This document shows, piece by piece, positions 54,970 to 63,559 of a stretch of 64,000 bases of DNA. A program made the translations under genes and the position numbers. The notes under the pieces were generated by a model. It saw nothing but the letters and a program-made list of their open reading frames with translations, was not told the DNA's origin and searched no databases. Every line of letters starts with the position of its first letter. Position 1 is the stretch's first letter. Source of the stretch: an uncultured Schleiferiaceae bacterium. GTDB taxonomy: Bacteria > Bacteroidota > Bacteroidia > Flavobacteriales > Schleiferiaceae. The stretch spans positions 3,911 to 67,910 of the forward strand of contig CBFHNK010000002.1 in assembly GCA_965657195.1 (NCBI GenBank), in the 5' to 3' direction.

Positions 54970-57201
54970 ATGCGAAATCTCGCTCTGTTACTCGCCCTAG
55001 TACTCGGATTCACATCCGGTGCTCAAAATATTGTGGTGAATTCGACTGCGCCGCGAAACAATCCCATGTGGCTGGTTCAGAACGTGTTGGTGGGGCCAAA
55101 TCTATTTGTGTACTCGCCTCTGAATCAGTTCGGACTTCCAATCAGTCAACCTAATTCGGTTCAGTTGGGCAAGTTCACGTGTACCAACCCCGGCTTTGGA
55201 CTGGATAGCGGAATCGTGATGGTGACCACCGACGCGATCGACGTAGTTCCCGGGCAGAGCGGGAACTTCACCACCTATCCTACGCAAACTCCAAGCGCCA
55301 ACCTTGGAACGGTGCTCAATGCCATCGGGTCGACGAATTCCAATCAGTACGACCGCGCGTCCATCCAATTCAACTTCTTGGCGAATGGAGACAGCGTGAA
55401 GTTTGACTACATTTTCGGATCCAAAGAATATTCAGGATACACCTGCTCAAACTTCAACGATGTGTTTGGATTCTTCCTCATCGGTCCAGGTATCAATGGG
55501 GCCCCGATGTACCATGCCAACGGAAGCCTACGCATCGACACTGTCAACCTAGCAGTGATTCCCGGAACCACCGTTCCGGTAGCTGTAAATACGATCAACC
55601 AGGGCTTCCCGTCGGGATCGTATCCGGCTAGTAATTGTTTGAGCGCTAACCCTAACTATGTTGCGCATGCGGCGTACTACAACGCGAATTCCGGCGGTTC
55701 TAGCATTGTAAATCTTGAAGGCTTCACCGACGTATTTACCGCAAAAGCAGGTGTCAAATGCGGCGTACCGTACACGATTAAGCTCATGATTTCAGACGTG
55801 AGTGACGGAGCCTTGAATTCCGCAGTCTTCCTCGGAGCTCGGAGTTTCTTGGTGCCTACCATATCGCTTGCGCCAACCACCAACTCAGGTGCCTCTTTTA
55901 CCGATTCAGTAATGGTCGAGGGCTGTGCCCGCAGCTACCTGCTCTTTCAGCGTGCAGGGGCGACCAGCGATACCCTTACCGCTCAGTTTCAGTATGTCGG
56001 AACCGCTGGTGCCGCTGATTTCGCATCTGCACTCCCTTCGTCGCTCACCCTGTTGCCCGGTCAAACCACCGACACCCTTTGGTTTGAGCCCATTGACGAC
56101 GGAATCATTGAGGTGCCCGAGTTATTGAGGGTTCGAATGCTCCCGGTATCCTCGGATTGTGCCGTGTATCCTGCAGATTCTGTAGATATTTGGTTGCGTG
56201 ACCGAGTACCCCACCAAGCGTTGATCACTCTCGATCAGGGCAACGATACCCTTGCCTGTCCGGGTTCAAGTGCAGTCCTTCGGGCCACTTTGACGGGGGG
56301 TGAAGGCGTTCGATGGGGCTACTGGGAACATGATTCTACGCAAACCCTACTCGCCGCGGTAGCGCCGGCTCAAACCACTACGTACCGCTACCTCAGTTGG
56401 GACGAGTGCAGCACCGCTCCGCGCACCGACAGCATCACCATCTATGTGGATCCGTACGACTCCTTGCGCACGGAGTCTGACACCTTGTTCTTGTGCCCCG
56501 GCGACGCGGTGACGCTCGAGGCAGTGGCCTCTGGCGGACGCGGAACGCGCAGCATTCAGTGGCTCGGCGGCGGCCCTTCAGGTAGTACTTGGACGGTTTC
56601 ACCAGCGAGCAGCCAGTGGTTCCGCTACAAAGTCACCGACAACTGCTTGATCGAGGTGCGCGACTCCATTTATGCCTGGGTGGTCCCCCAGCCGGTGGCC
56701 TCATTTGGCTACCTGCAAGACCCCGGAAATCCCTTGGATGTCGGATTTACCAACTACTCCAGCGATACGCTCAATGTTCGTTGGTTCTTTGGCGATGGCG
56801 ACACCTCAACGCGTGTGCATCCCCGCCACGTATACGGTCGCCCCGGAACCTACTGGGTGGGACTCGCCGTGCGCGACAGCCTTGGTTGCTCAGACAGCTT
56901 GGCCTATCCGATCGATTTGAAGATGGACCACTACGTCTACATTCCGTCGGCATTCACGCCCAACGGAGACGCGGTCAACGAGCGCTTCAACGTCTTCGCG
57001 ACCGGAGTCGTAAAGTTTGAATGGGCAGTATTTAACCGCTGGGGCCTTCAAATTTTTCACAGCGACGAGGATCCCAACGGCTGGAACGGAACCTACGGGG
57101 GCGAAAAAGTTCCTGCCGGCCCGTACAGCTATAAGGTATTTATTTGGCTTCCCGACGGATTGGTCGAGGAACGCCGCGGTATGTTTACCGTCTTTCGCTA
57201 A
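54970..57201 (+). CDS. large T9SS cargo: choice-of-anchor-L-like N-domain, PKD domain, type-B (gliding-motility-associated) C-terminal domain
   Basis: Signal peptide ...GFTSGAQ. PKD motif WFFGDGDTS...HVYGRPGTYWV. The C-terminus YIPSAFTPNGDAVNERF...WNGTYGGEKVPAGPYSYKV is a type-B CTD pattern. Confidence 0.85.
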   Translation: MRNLALLLALVLGFTSGAQNIVVNSTAPRNNPMWLVQNVLVGPNLFVYSPLNQFGLPISQPNSVQLGKFTCTNPGFGLDSGIVMVTTDAIDVVPGQSGNFTTYPTQTPSANLGTVLNAIGSTNSNQYDRASIQFNFLANGDSVKFDYIFGSKEYSGYTCSNFNDVFGFFLIGPGINGAPMYHANGSLRIDTVNLAVIPGTTVPVAVNTINQGFPSGSYPASNCLSANPNYVAHAAYYNANSGGSSIVNLEGFTDVFTAKAGVKCGVPYTIKLMISDVSDGALNSAVFLGARSFLVPTISLAPTTNSGASFTDSVMVEGCARSYLLFQRAGATSDTLTAQFQYVGTAGAADFASALPSSLTLLPGQTTDTLWFEPIDDGIIEVPELLRVRMLPVSSDCAVYPADSVDIWLRDRVPHQALITLDQGNDTLACPGSSAVLRATLTGGEGVRWGYWEHDSTQTLLAAVAPAQTTTYRYLSWDECSTAPRTDSITIYVDPYDSLRTESDTLFLCPGDAVTLEAVASGGRGTRSIQWLGGGPSGSTWTVSPASSQWFRYKVTDNCLIEVRDSIYAWVVPQPVASFGYLQDPGNPLDVGFTNYSSDTLNVRWFFGDGDTSTRVHPRHVYGRPGTYWVGLAVRDSLGCSDSLAYPIDLKMDHYVYIPSAFTPNGDAVNERFNVFATGVVKFEWAVFNRWGLQIFHSDEDPNGWNGTYGGEKVPAGPYSYKVFIWLPDGLVEERRGMFTVFR

Positions 57202-57207
57202 GCGCGC

Positions 57208-57885
57208 CTAGATCCACGGTATCAACCCCAGGGCTAAGGCCAACAGCAATTTGTAGATCCACTGCTGCCGCTTCAGTTGTATACGCTGCGGTTCGCCGCG
57301 GTGCGGAATCTGGCGCCGCTCCCACTGCCTGCGCCATTCCAATGCAATCATGGCAAGGGCCAAGGGTAATCCGCGAAGAAATCCGGGCCAAGAACCAGGG
57401 TGCAGCGCACCCGCGAGCAAGAGCAGTGGACCAAAAGCCAATAGGCTGGCGAGAAGCGCTCCGGCCACCCCAAAACCCATTCGCTTGTGGGAGTACAAAA
57501 ACACGACGAGTGCAAAAAGCCAGTAGCATAGGGCAACGGGTAGATTGAGGGTGAGCAGCGAGGTGATGAGTCCCGCAGCATAAAAACTGAAGGCCAACTG
57601 CATTCCGTACTTGCGGGCTACGGGGCGCTCGAGCAGGGTCTGCCAGGGACGCTCAATCAGGTCCCGTTCTAAGTCGTAAAAACTATTGAAGAGCGAACCC
57701 CCTGCCACAATGAGCGCCGTGGTCGCAATCGCACCCGCTAGGGTGAGCCAGGGCGTAGGTTCGGGTCCGTGCAGCAGTGTCAAAGCCGCGAGCACCTGGG
57801 CTACGGTCAAAAACAAAATGTGGGTCCAGCGAACGAGGCTGAGAAATGCCGTAAGGCGAAGCAGAATTTTGGTTCGGCGCCGCAT
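57208..57885 (-). CDS. short UbiA-superfamily prenyltransferase-like membrane protein
   Basis: ORF trimmed to MRRRTKILL. The first Asp-rich motif NSFYDLERD (NxxxDxxxD) is present. I cannot find the second Asp-rich motif. Last gene of the mvd-mvk operon. Confidence 0.6.
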   Translation of the reverse strand: MRRRTKILLRLTAFLSLVRWTHILFLTVAQVLAALTLLHGPEPTPWLTLAGAIATTALIVAGGSLFNSFYDLERDLIERPWQTLLERPVARKYGMQLAFSFYAAGLITSLLTLNLPVALCYWLFALVVFLYSHKRMGFGVAGALLASLLAFGPLLLLAGALHPGSWPGFLRGLPLALAMIALEWRRQWERRQIPHRGEPQRIQLKRQQWIYKLLLALALGLIPWI

Positions 57886-57895
57886 AGCCGTCCGC

Positions 57896-58840
57896 TTAAA
57901 AGCGAAGGACGACGTCCATTCGGTGCGGATCGAGTTCCGCCTTCGCATGCTCTAGGTCCGGAGCAAAGCCCAAAATGTACCCGCCTCCGCCTGAGCCACA
58001 CAGCTTGAGGTAGTAGGCGTTGGTGTCAATTCCCTTCTGCCACAAGTTGTGGTAGTCGTTCGGAATCATCGGGCCGAAATTCTCAAGCACAAGACCGCTC
58101 AACTTCTTGAGTTCGCGAAGGAGCACGTCGGTTTTTCCGTCCAAAAAGGCAGATACACAGGCGTCGTTGTACTTTTTGAACTGGTCGGTCATCAAGCGGC
58201 GAAAGCCTTCCTCTTTGAGCTTGTCCATGAAAATTTGGACCATGGGCTGGGTTTCGCCTGGTGCCCCGGAGTTCAGCAAGAAAATTCCGCCACGGCCGTC
58301 GGTCGGAAGGCTCGGCATCGAAACAGTCCCCAGGTCTTCAGACGAACGCACCAGAAGCGGTAGCTGCAGGTAGCAAATCGTGGGGTCCATACCTGAACTC
58401 TTGCCGTGAAAGTAGCACTCCATCTGCGCCATTTCGGCCTTGAGTGCCATGAGCTTCTCTGGTTCGTTGGCCTCATCAAGGGGCAGTGGATTCCGAGCGT
58501 ACCGAGCGTAGAGTGCCGCCACCATGGCTCCGGATGAACCTACACCATATCCTTGCGGAATGCTCGAGTCAAAATAGAGTCCGCGGTCGAGGTCGGCACG
58601 AAGGGCGCGCAAGTCCAAGTCTGCAGCGAGGTCGCCTAACGCGTGAAGCTCTTCGAGGTATGCGGTAAAACGGTCCAGCGAAGCGTTGGATTCGCGCTGG
58701 TCAAAACTCGCTTCACCGTCGGGAAGTCGAAGGACTCCCGAGTAGCTCGTGTACGGAATCGAAAGCGCCATGGCGTCGCGGATGACACCGTACTCTCCGA
58801 ATAGGAGAATTTTGGCGAAGTACTTGGGGCTCAGATTCAT
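57896..58840 (-). CDS. mvk: mevalonate kinase (GHMP kinase family)
   Basis: ORF trimmed to MNLSPKYFAKILLFGEYGV. GHMP motif PQGYGVGSSGAMVAAL. ATGA overlap with mvd. Confidence 0.8.
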   Translation of the reverse strand: MNLSPKYFAKILLFGEYGVIRDAMALSIPYTSYSGVLRLPDGEASFDQRESNASLDRFTAYLEELHALGDLAADLDLRALRADLDRGLYFDSSIPQGYGVGSSGAMVAALYARYARNPLPLDEANEPEKLMALKAEMAQMECYFHGKSSGMDPTICYLQLPLLVRSSEDLGTVSMPSLPTDGRGGIFLLNSGAPGETQPMVQIFMDKLKEEGFRRLMTDQFKKYNDACVSAFLDGKTDVLLRELKKLSGLVLENFGPMIPNDYHNLWQKGIDTNAYYLKLCGSGGGGYILGFAPDLEHAKAELDPHRMDVVLRF

Positions 58841-59850
58841 TGCTGCAAAGATACCGGTCCTTGGCCTACGCGGTCCACAATTACGCGACCGTCTTTGCAC
58901 CAAGGTTTCACGTCATCTTCAACAAACTGAAGGGCTTTTTGTTCGAACGCCGCAGGGTAGAGGATGTGCACATTGGCGCCCGCGTCGAGCGTAAAGCTGA
59001 TGGGCACCCCAGAATCTCTGCGGAACCCGCGAATAGACTCAATAATGCGCAAGGTATTTGGCCGCATCAAAATGTAGCTTGGACTGCTCGACATCATCAA
59101 TCCATGCAGGGTCAGGGCTTCGAGCTCAACCAATTCGATAAATGCGTCGAGGTCACCTGCAGCCAAAATTGGCTTTAGCGCCGCTAAGTGGTCATGGGCC
59201 TGCGCAAAGCGCTGCGTGCGGAACGGGTGCGCTTCCATCAACTGGTGCCCCGCCGTACTACTTACCGCCTTTTGACCCACGTCTACGAGCGCGACTGTAT
59301 CACAATAGCTGCGGAACACTTCGTGCACCGAGTCAGGGTAGGCCACCCCGAAATCCTGAGACGACCCCGCAACTGAAGGCGTTTCACCCCAAACTACAAG
59401 TCCACCGTAGACCGAACGGCAGGCACTTCCCGACCCCAAACGTGCGAGTAGCGATGCTTCCCTCATTGGGTTGACCACTTCATGACCCAGCTGCTGCGCA
59501 AGGTCCACCATACACAGCGCCAGGGCGCTCATTCCAGATGCACTGCTTGCAATCCCCGACGAATGGGGAAAGGTGTTGTGCGTTTGTACTCGGAACCCGT
59601 AGTCCTTGACCCAAGGCTGCCGTGCGGCAATTCGGTCCACAAACTGCGCCACCTTCGGAACGAAACTCGGCGTATCCACCCCGTCAAGCGCCACAGTGAT
59701 TCCTGGAGCATCGGTCAATTCAAGCGTCGTTTCCGTCGCACAGGCATCCAGAGTGAAGCTAATCGATGGGTTACTCGGCAACTGCACGCCGTACTTGCCC
59801 CAGTACTTAACGAGGGCGATGTTGGACGGGGCGCGGAATGAGGACTTCAT
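58837..59850 (-). CDS. mvaD: diphosphomevalonate decarboxylase
   Basis: Contains APSNIALVKYWGK and GIASSASG motifs. Confidence 0.9.
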   Translation of the reverse strand: MKSSFRAPSNIALVKYWGKYGVQLPSNPSISFTLDACATETTLELTDAPGITVALDGVDTPSFVPKVAQFVDRIAARQPWVKDYGFRVQTHNTFPHSSGIASSASGMSALALCMVDLAQQLGHEVVNPMREASLLARLGSGSACRSVYGGLVVWGETPSVAGSSQDFGVAYPDSVHEVFRSYCDTVALVDVGQKAVSSTAGHQLMEAHPFRTQRFAQAHDHLAALKPILAAGDLDAFIELVELEALTLHGLMMSSSPSYILMRPNTLRIIESIRGFRRDSGVPISFTLDAGANVHILYPAAFEQKALQFVEDDVKPWCKDGRVIVDRVGQGPVSLQQ

Positions 59851-60101
59851 CTGGTTTGGCGAGGTTAGCGAGGTTGGCTGAGATTAGCTGGTTGGCAAGG
59901 TTAGCGAGATTAGCTGGTTGGCAAGGTTAGCGAGATTAGCTCGATGGTTACTGGCTTTTGGCTGAGATTAGCTCGTTGGCTCGTTGGTTGCTGGTTTCTG
60001 GTTACTTGCTTGTTGGCTTTTGGTTGAGATTAGCACGTTTGCTTTGCACGATAAGCAAATAGCAAGTAGCTAACAGCTAATAGCTAATAGCTAGTAACTG
60101 A
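59851..60101. repeat. intergenic composite tandem-repeat array (26-bp units, then 7-bp units)
   Basis: GAGATTAGC starts at 59880, 59906, 59932, 59964 and 60026. The first two 26-bp units, GAGATTAGCTGGTTGGCAAGGTTAGC, are identical. A heptamer run ATAGCAA/GTAGCTA/ACAGCTA/ATAGCTA/ATAGCTA lies at about 60052-60094. The region is lower in GC than its flanks. Confidence 0.85.
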
Positions 60102-60971
60102 TTAGGCGCTGACCGCGTCTACTTCGGGAGCGATTTTTTTAATCATGCCCTGCAGGGCCTTGCCGGGTCCAACTTCATAGAAGTTGGTGGCGCCGTCGTG
60201 GACCATGGCGAGCACCGACTGGGTCCAGCGGACTGATCCGGTGAGTTGAGCCTTGAGGTTGGCGCGGATGGCTTCGGGATCGCTGACCGGAGCAGCCACT
60301 ACGTTTTGGTAGATGGGGCAGCGCGGAGCTTGAATCGAAACGGAATCAAGCGCCCCTGCGAGGCGCGCGCGGGCCGGCTCCATGAGCGGGCTGTGGAATG
60401 CGCCTCCGACCGGCAGGATCAGGGCCCGCTTGGCGCCGGCCGCGCTGCAGGCAGCGCACGCGGCTTCGACCGCGGCGCGCGCGCCACTGATCACCAATTG
60501 GCCGGGTGAATTGTAGTTGGCGGGAACCACCACTCCAGGGGTTGCGGCGCAAATCTGTTCGACCTGCTCGTCGCTCAGTCCGAGAATTGCTGCCATCGTC
60601 GAGGGCTCGGCGTCGCAGGCATCTTGCATGGCAAGGGCGCGCTCGGCAACAAGGCGAAGGCCATCCTCAAACTTGAGGGCTCCGGCGGCGACGAGGGCAG
60701 AGAATTCTCCGAGAGAGTGGCCGGCTACCATGTCGGGCTGGAACTCGGTTCCGAGGGAGGCGGCCTTGATGACGCTGTGCACAAAAATGGCGGGCTGAGT
60801 GACCTTGGTCTGGGTGAGGTCCTCCATCGTGCCGTTGAACATCAGGTCGGTCAGTCCGAACCCAAGAACCGCATCGGCCTGCTCAAACATGGCGCGGTGC
60901 GCTTCGAACAAATCCTGCCCCATTCCGGGTGCTTGGGCCCCTTGGCCCGGGAAAACGTAGGCTTTTTTCAT
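60102..60971 (-). CDS. fabD: malonyl-CoA:ACP transacylase
   Basis: ORF trimmed to MKKAYVFPGQGAQ. Active-site motif GHSLGEFSAL. Confidence 0.95.
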   Translation of the reverse strand: MKKAYVFPGQGAQAPGMGQDLFEAHRAMFEQADAVLGFGLTDLMFNGTMEDLTQTKVTQPAIFVHSVIKAASLGTEFQPDMVAGHSLGEFSALVAAGALKFEDGLRLVAERALAMQDACDAEPSTMAAILGLSDEQVEQICAATPGVVVPANYNSPGQLVISGARAAVEAACAACSAAGAKRALILPVGGAFHSPLMEPARARLAGALDSVSIQAPRCPIYQNVVAAPVSDPEAIRANLKAQLTGSVRWTQSVLAMVHDGATNFYEVGPGKALQGMIKKIAPEVDAVSA

Positions 60972-61005
60972 GCTAAAAATTAAAACGGCCGGGTGGGCCA
61001 AAAGT

Positions 61006-61419
61006 TTACTCTCCGTAGTACTCTACGGCGTTGTTCTCGGTTTCGACCACTCGGACGCAGTGAAGCTGTGCCCCGAACTGGGCGACGGGCTCGGCGAGTT
61101 GCTTCCAGATTTCGATCGAAAGGTTTTCGGTCGACGGAAGAATTCCGAGCATAAACGTCGTGTCGTGATTCAGATGCTTATGGTCGAGGGGCTCGATCAC
61201 GTACTTCATCATGAGGGCCTTTAGGTCGACCAAATTCATGACAAAGCCCGTTTCGGGATTGACCTGGCCTTTGACGGTAACCCAAACTTCAAAGTTGTGG
61301 CCGTGCCCGTAGTTCCACGAACACTTGCCAAAAAGGCGCTCATTTTCTTCAGTGCTGAGCGCATCGTTGTACAGGCGGTGGGCCGCACTGAACACCTCGC
61401 GGCGTTGAATGTAGACCAT
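61006..61419 (-). CDS. queD: 6-pyruvoyl-tetrahydropterin / 6-carboxytetrahydropterin synthase family
   Basis: Contains FSAAHRL, CSWNYGHGHNFEV and ENNAVEY motifs. I cannot separate QueD from PTPS by eye. Confidence 0.82.
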   Translation of the reverse strand: MVYIQRREVFSAAHRLYNDALSTEENERLFGKCSWNYGHGHNFEVWVTVKGQVNPETGFVMNLVDLKALMMKYVIEPLDHKHLNHDTTFMLGILPSTENLSIEIWKQLAEPVAQFGAQLHCVRVVETENNAVEYYGE

Positions 61420-61422
61420 GGC

Positions 61423-61782
61423 TTACTTGGCTTTGACCAGCTTGGTCTTCAGGGGCTTGCCTGGCGCGGTGCGAAAGGTGACCTGAGCTGCAGTGGCGTC
61501 TTTGGTACCTGGAACAGTCACGCGAAGGGCGGACTCCCCTTTGGTTCCGAGTACGACTTCATTGCGCTCGGAGTACTTCACTTGAAAGGCAGGGCTCGTC
61601 CAGGTTCCGCTCGATTCAACTTGAATGGATTGAATGCTCAGCTGCTGCTGGACGGGTTTCTGCACTGAGATGACGGTGCCTTGCGTGTCGGTTCCGAGGC
61701 TAAATTTCGGCGAACCGCAGCTGGCTATTAGGAGACTGAGTCCGGCAAGGACTCCGATTCGAATGGGGCGAAGTACGTTCAT
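61423..61782 (-). CDS. small lipoprotein of unknown function
   Basis: Lipobox LLIASC. 119 aa. It lies 3 nt from the queD start and 18 nt after the TPM gene. Confidence 0.6.
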   Translation of the reverse strand: MNVLRPIRIGVLAGLSLLIASCGSPKFSLGTDTQGTVISVQKPVQQQLSIQSIQVESSGTWTSPAFQVKYSERNEVVLGTKGESALRVTVPGTKDATAAQVTFRTAPGKPLKTKLVKAK

Positions 61783-61800
61783 AAGGGCAAAGGTCGCAAA

Positions 61801-62544
61801 TTACCACGAACCACTGGCGCCGCCGCCGCCGAAACTTCCGCCGCCAAAGCCACCAAATCCGCCTCCGCCAAACCCGCCTCCTCCGAAACCGCCTCCGCGG
61901 CCACCAAAACCGCCCCCGACCGGGAAGCCGCCCATCGGGCCGTACCACATACCCCGGTGGCCTCCGCCTCCGCCTCCTCCGCGCTTCGCGAGCGCGACGA
62001 GAATGAGTACGCCAATGGCAACCAGTCCAAACGGGAACTTGCGCTCTTTGGTGGAATCGACCGCGACAAACTGACCGGAAAGCATTTGTGCCACCTGCGT
62101 GGCTACGGCTTCAATACCTGCGGCATAGGCCTGCTCGCGAAAGGCGGGCTTGAGCACGTTTTCAATGAGTAGGTGGCTCTCAAGGTCGGTGACCGTGGCC
62201 TCAAGGCCGCGCCCCACTTGGATCGCCATCTTTCGGTCTTCAAGTGCAATGAGCACGAGCATTCCGTTGTCTGTTTCGGCTTGGCCGATGCCCCAAGCTT
62301 CGCCGGTTTGGGCGGCGACAAAGTTGAGGTCGTCGTTGACGTGGTCGACAAAAAGAACTGCTATTTGGGTAGAAGTCGAATCGTTAATTGCGTGAAGCAC
62401 GGCCTCAAGGCGTGCCTCTTCAGCGGCATCGAAAACGGGTGAGGTATTGCGCCACACGACCAGTCCCTCTGAGGGGCTGGGCTTCTCCCAGGGCTGAGCC
62501 TGAAGGTTAAATGCCGCGAGTGCACATAGAATAAAAAGCCTCAT
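61801..62544 (-). CDS. TPM-domain (YgcG-like) protein with TM segment and Gly-rich C-terminal tail
   Basis: Signal peptide, a TPM core (IAVLFVDHV...GMLVLIALEDRKMAIQVGRGLE), a TM helix, and a tail reading GGGGGGHRGMWYGPMGG...GGGFGGGGFGGGGFGG. Confidence 0.8.
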   Translation of the reverse strand: MRLFILCALAAFNLQAQPWEKPSPSEGLVVWRNTSPVFDAAEEARLEAVLHAINDSTSTQIAVLFVDHVNDDLNFVAAQTGEAWGIGQAETDNGMLVLIALEDRKMAIQVGRGLEATVTDLESHLLIENVLKPAFREQAYAAGIEAVATQVAQMLSGQFVAVDSTKERKFPFGLVAIGVLILVALAKRGGGGGGGHRGMWYGPMGGFPVGGGFGGRGGGFGGGGFGGGGFGGFGGGSFGGGGASGSW

Positions 62545-62966
62545 CCGCGTGAAACTTCGTTGCTGAGTTCGTTGCGGTCACGATGGCCTTGGTGCGGAAA
62601 ATGTTCGGCAAGTGCCCGACCCGCTTCTGCGATTCCGAGTTCGAGTGCATCAACCCAACGGCCTTCTTTGAGTTCCGGAACCATGTGGTCGCGAATACCT
62701 TCCCAAAAGGACTGGCCAACCTTTGCGTGGATTCCCGAATCGCCCACCACAGCGAACTTGTGGCTTTCAAGGGCAATGAAAAACAGGATGCCGTTGCGTT
62801 CCGCGGTGCGGTGCATTCCGAGCTTTTGAAACTGCTTTTGGGCGTCGCGCAGCGGGTCACCCGAGCACGTGTCGTTCAGGTGCACACGGACTTCACCGGA
62901 TGTCATCAATTCGGCCGCCTCGATGGCAGCTACGATACGCTGTTCGTCGTGCGGTTGAACCTGCAT
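62541..62966 (-). CDS. cytoplasmic TPM-domain protein
   Basis: Contains SGEVRVHL and NGILFFIALESHKFAVVGDSGI. ATGA overlap downstream and TAATG overlap upstream. Confidence 0.8.
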   Translation of the reverse strand: MQVQPHDEQRIVAAIEAAELMTSGEVRVHLNDTCSGDPLRDAQKQFQKLGMHRTAERNGILFFIALESHKFAVVGDSGIHAKVGQSFWEGIRDHMVPELKEGRWVDALELGIAEAGRALAEHFPHQGHRDRNELSNEVSRG

Positions 62967-63559
62967 TACTCGAAGCTCACTTCTGGGGCATCTTGGGCCT
63001 CAGTTTCGGCTTCAAAGTATCCGCGCGCCTCAAATCCACCCACGGCAGCAACCAGTGAGGTAGGGATGCGCTTGACCGATGAATTGTAGGTACGAACCTG
63101 TTCGTTGAATCGGTCGCGCTCTACGTTGATGCGGTTTTCGGTTCCTTCGAGCTGCGACTGCAGTGCTAAGAAGTTTTGGTTGGCCTTCAGGTCGGGGTAG
63201 CGCTCGACTGAAACAAGGAGGCGGCTTAGAGCACCCTTGAGTTCACCTTGGGCCTTTTGAAATTCCGCAATTTTATCTGGAGTAAGATTGTCAGCACTGA
63301 TTTGAACGGATGTGGCTTTTGAGCGGGCTTCAATCACGTCGGTCAGGGTAGACTTTTCAAAATCCGCGTAGCCTTTCACCGTCGAAACCAAGTTGGGAAT
63401 AAGATCCGCGCGGCGCTGGTAGGCCGACTGGACATTAGCCCATTGGCTCTCTGTGCTCTCGCTCAAACCGACGAGGCGGTTGTAGGCACCGACGCCCCAA
63501 AGAAGGATGAGGACAAAGCCGCCGAGGACGGATAGAAGAATGATCGTAGAACGGTTCAT
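62966..63559 (-). CDS. LemA-family membrane protein
   Basis: N-terminal TM segment. LemA core YNRLVGLSE...QRRADLIPNLV...ERDRFNEQVRTYN. Confidence 0.9.
   Translation of the reverse strand: MNRSTIILLSVLGGFVLILLWGVGAYNRLVGLSESTESQWANVQSAYQRRADLIPNLVSTVKGYADFEKSTLTDVIEARSKATSVQISADNLTPDKIAEFQKAQGELKGALSRLLVSVERYPDLKANQNFLALQSQLEGTENRINVERDRFNEQVRTYNSSVKRIPTSLVAAVGGFEARGYFEAETEAQDAPEVSFE

Noticed and set aside
59851-60101. Possible CRISPR array
   Set aside because: The repeats are directly abutting with no unique spacers, the units are degenerate and of unequal length, and no cas genes are present. It is called a tandem-repeat array instead.
61634-62074. Plus-strand ORF encoding a Pro-rich protein (PPPKPPNPPPPNPPPPKPPPRPPKPPP)
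   Set aside because: It is the reverse complement of the Gly-rich tail of the TPM protein (GGN codons read as NCC). The TPM frame is continuous with a conserved TPM core, so the Pro-rich ORF is an artefact. The same logic applies to the poly-Gly ORF 39622..40128(-) opposite the TonB Pro tract.
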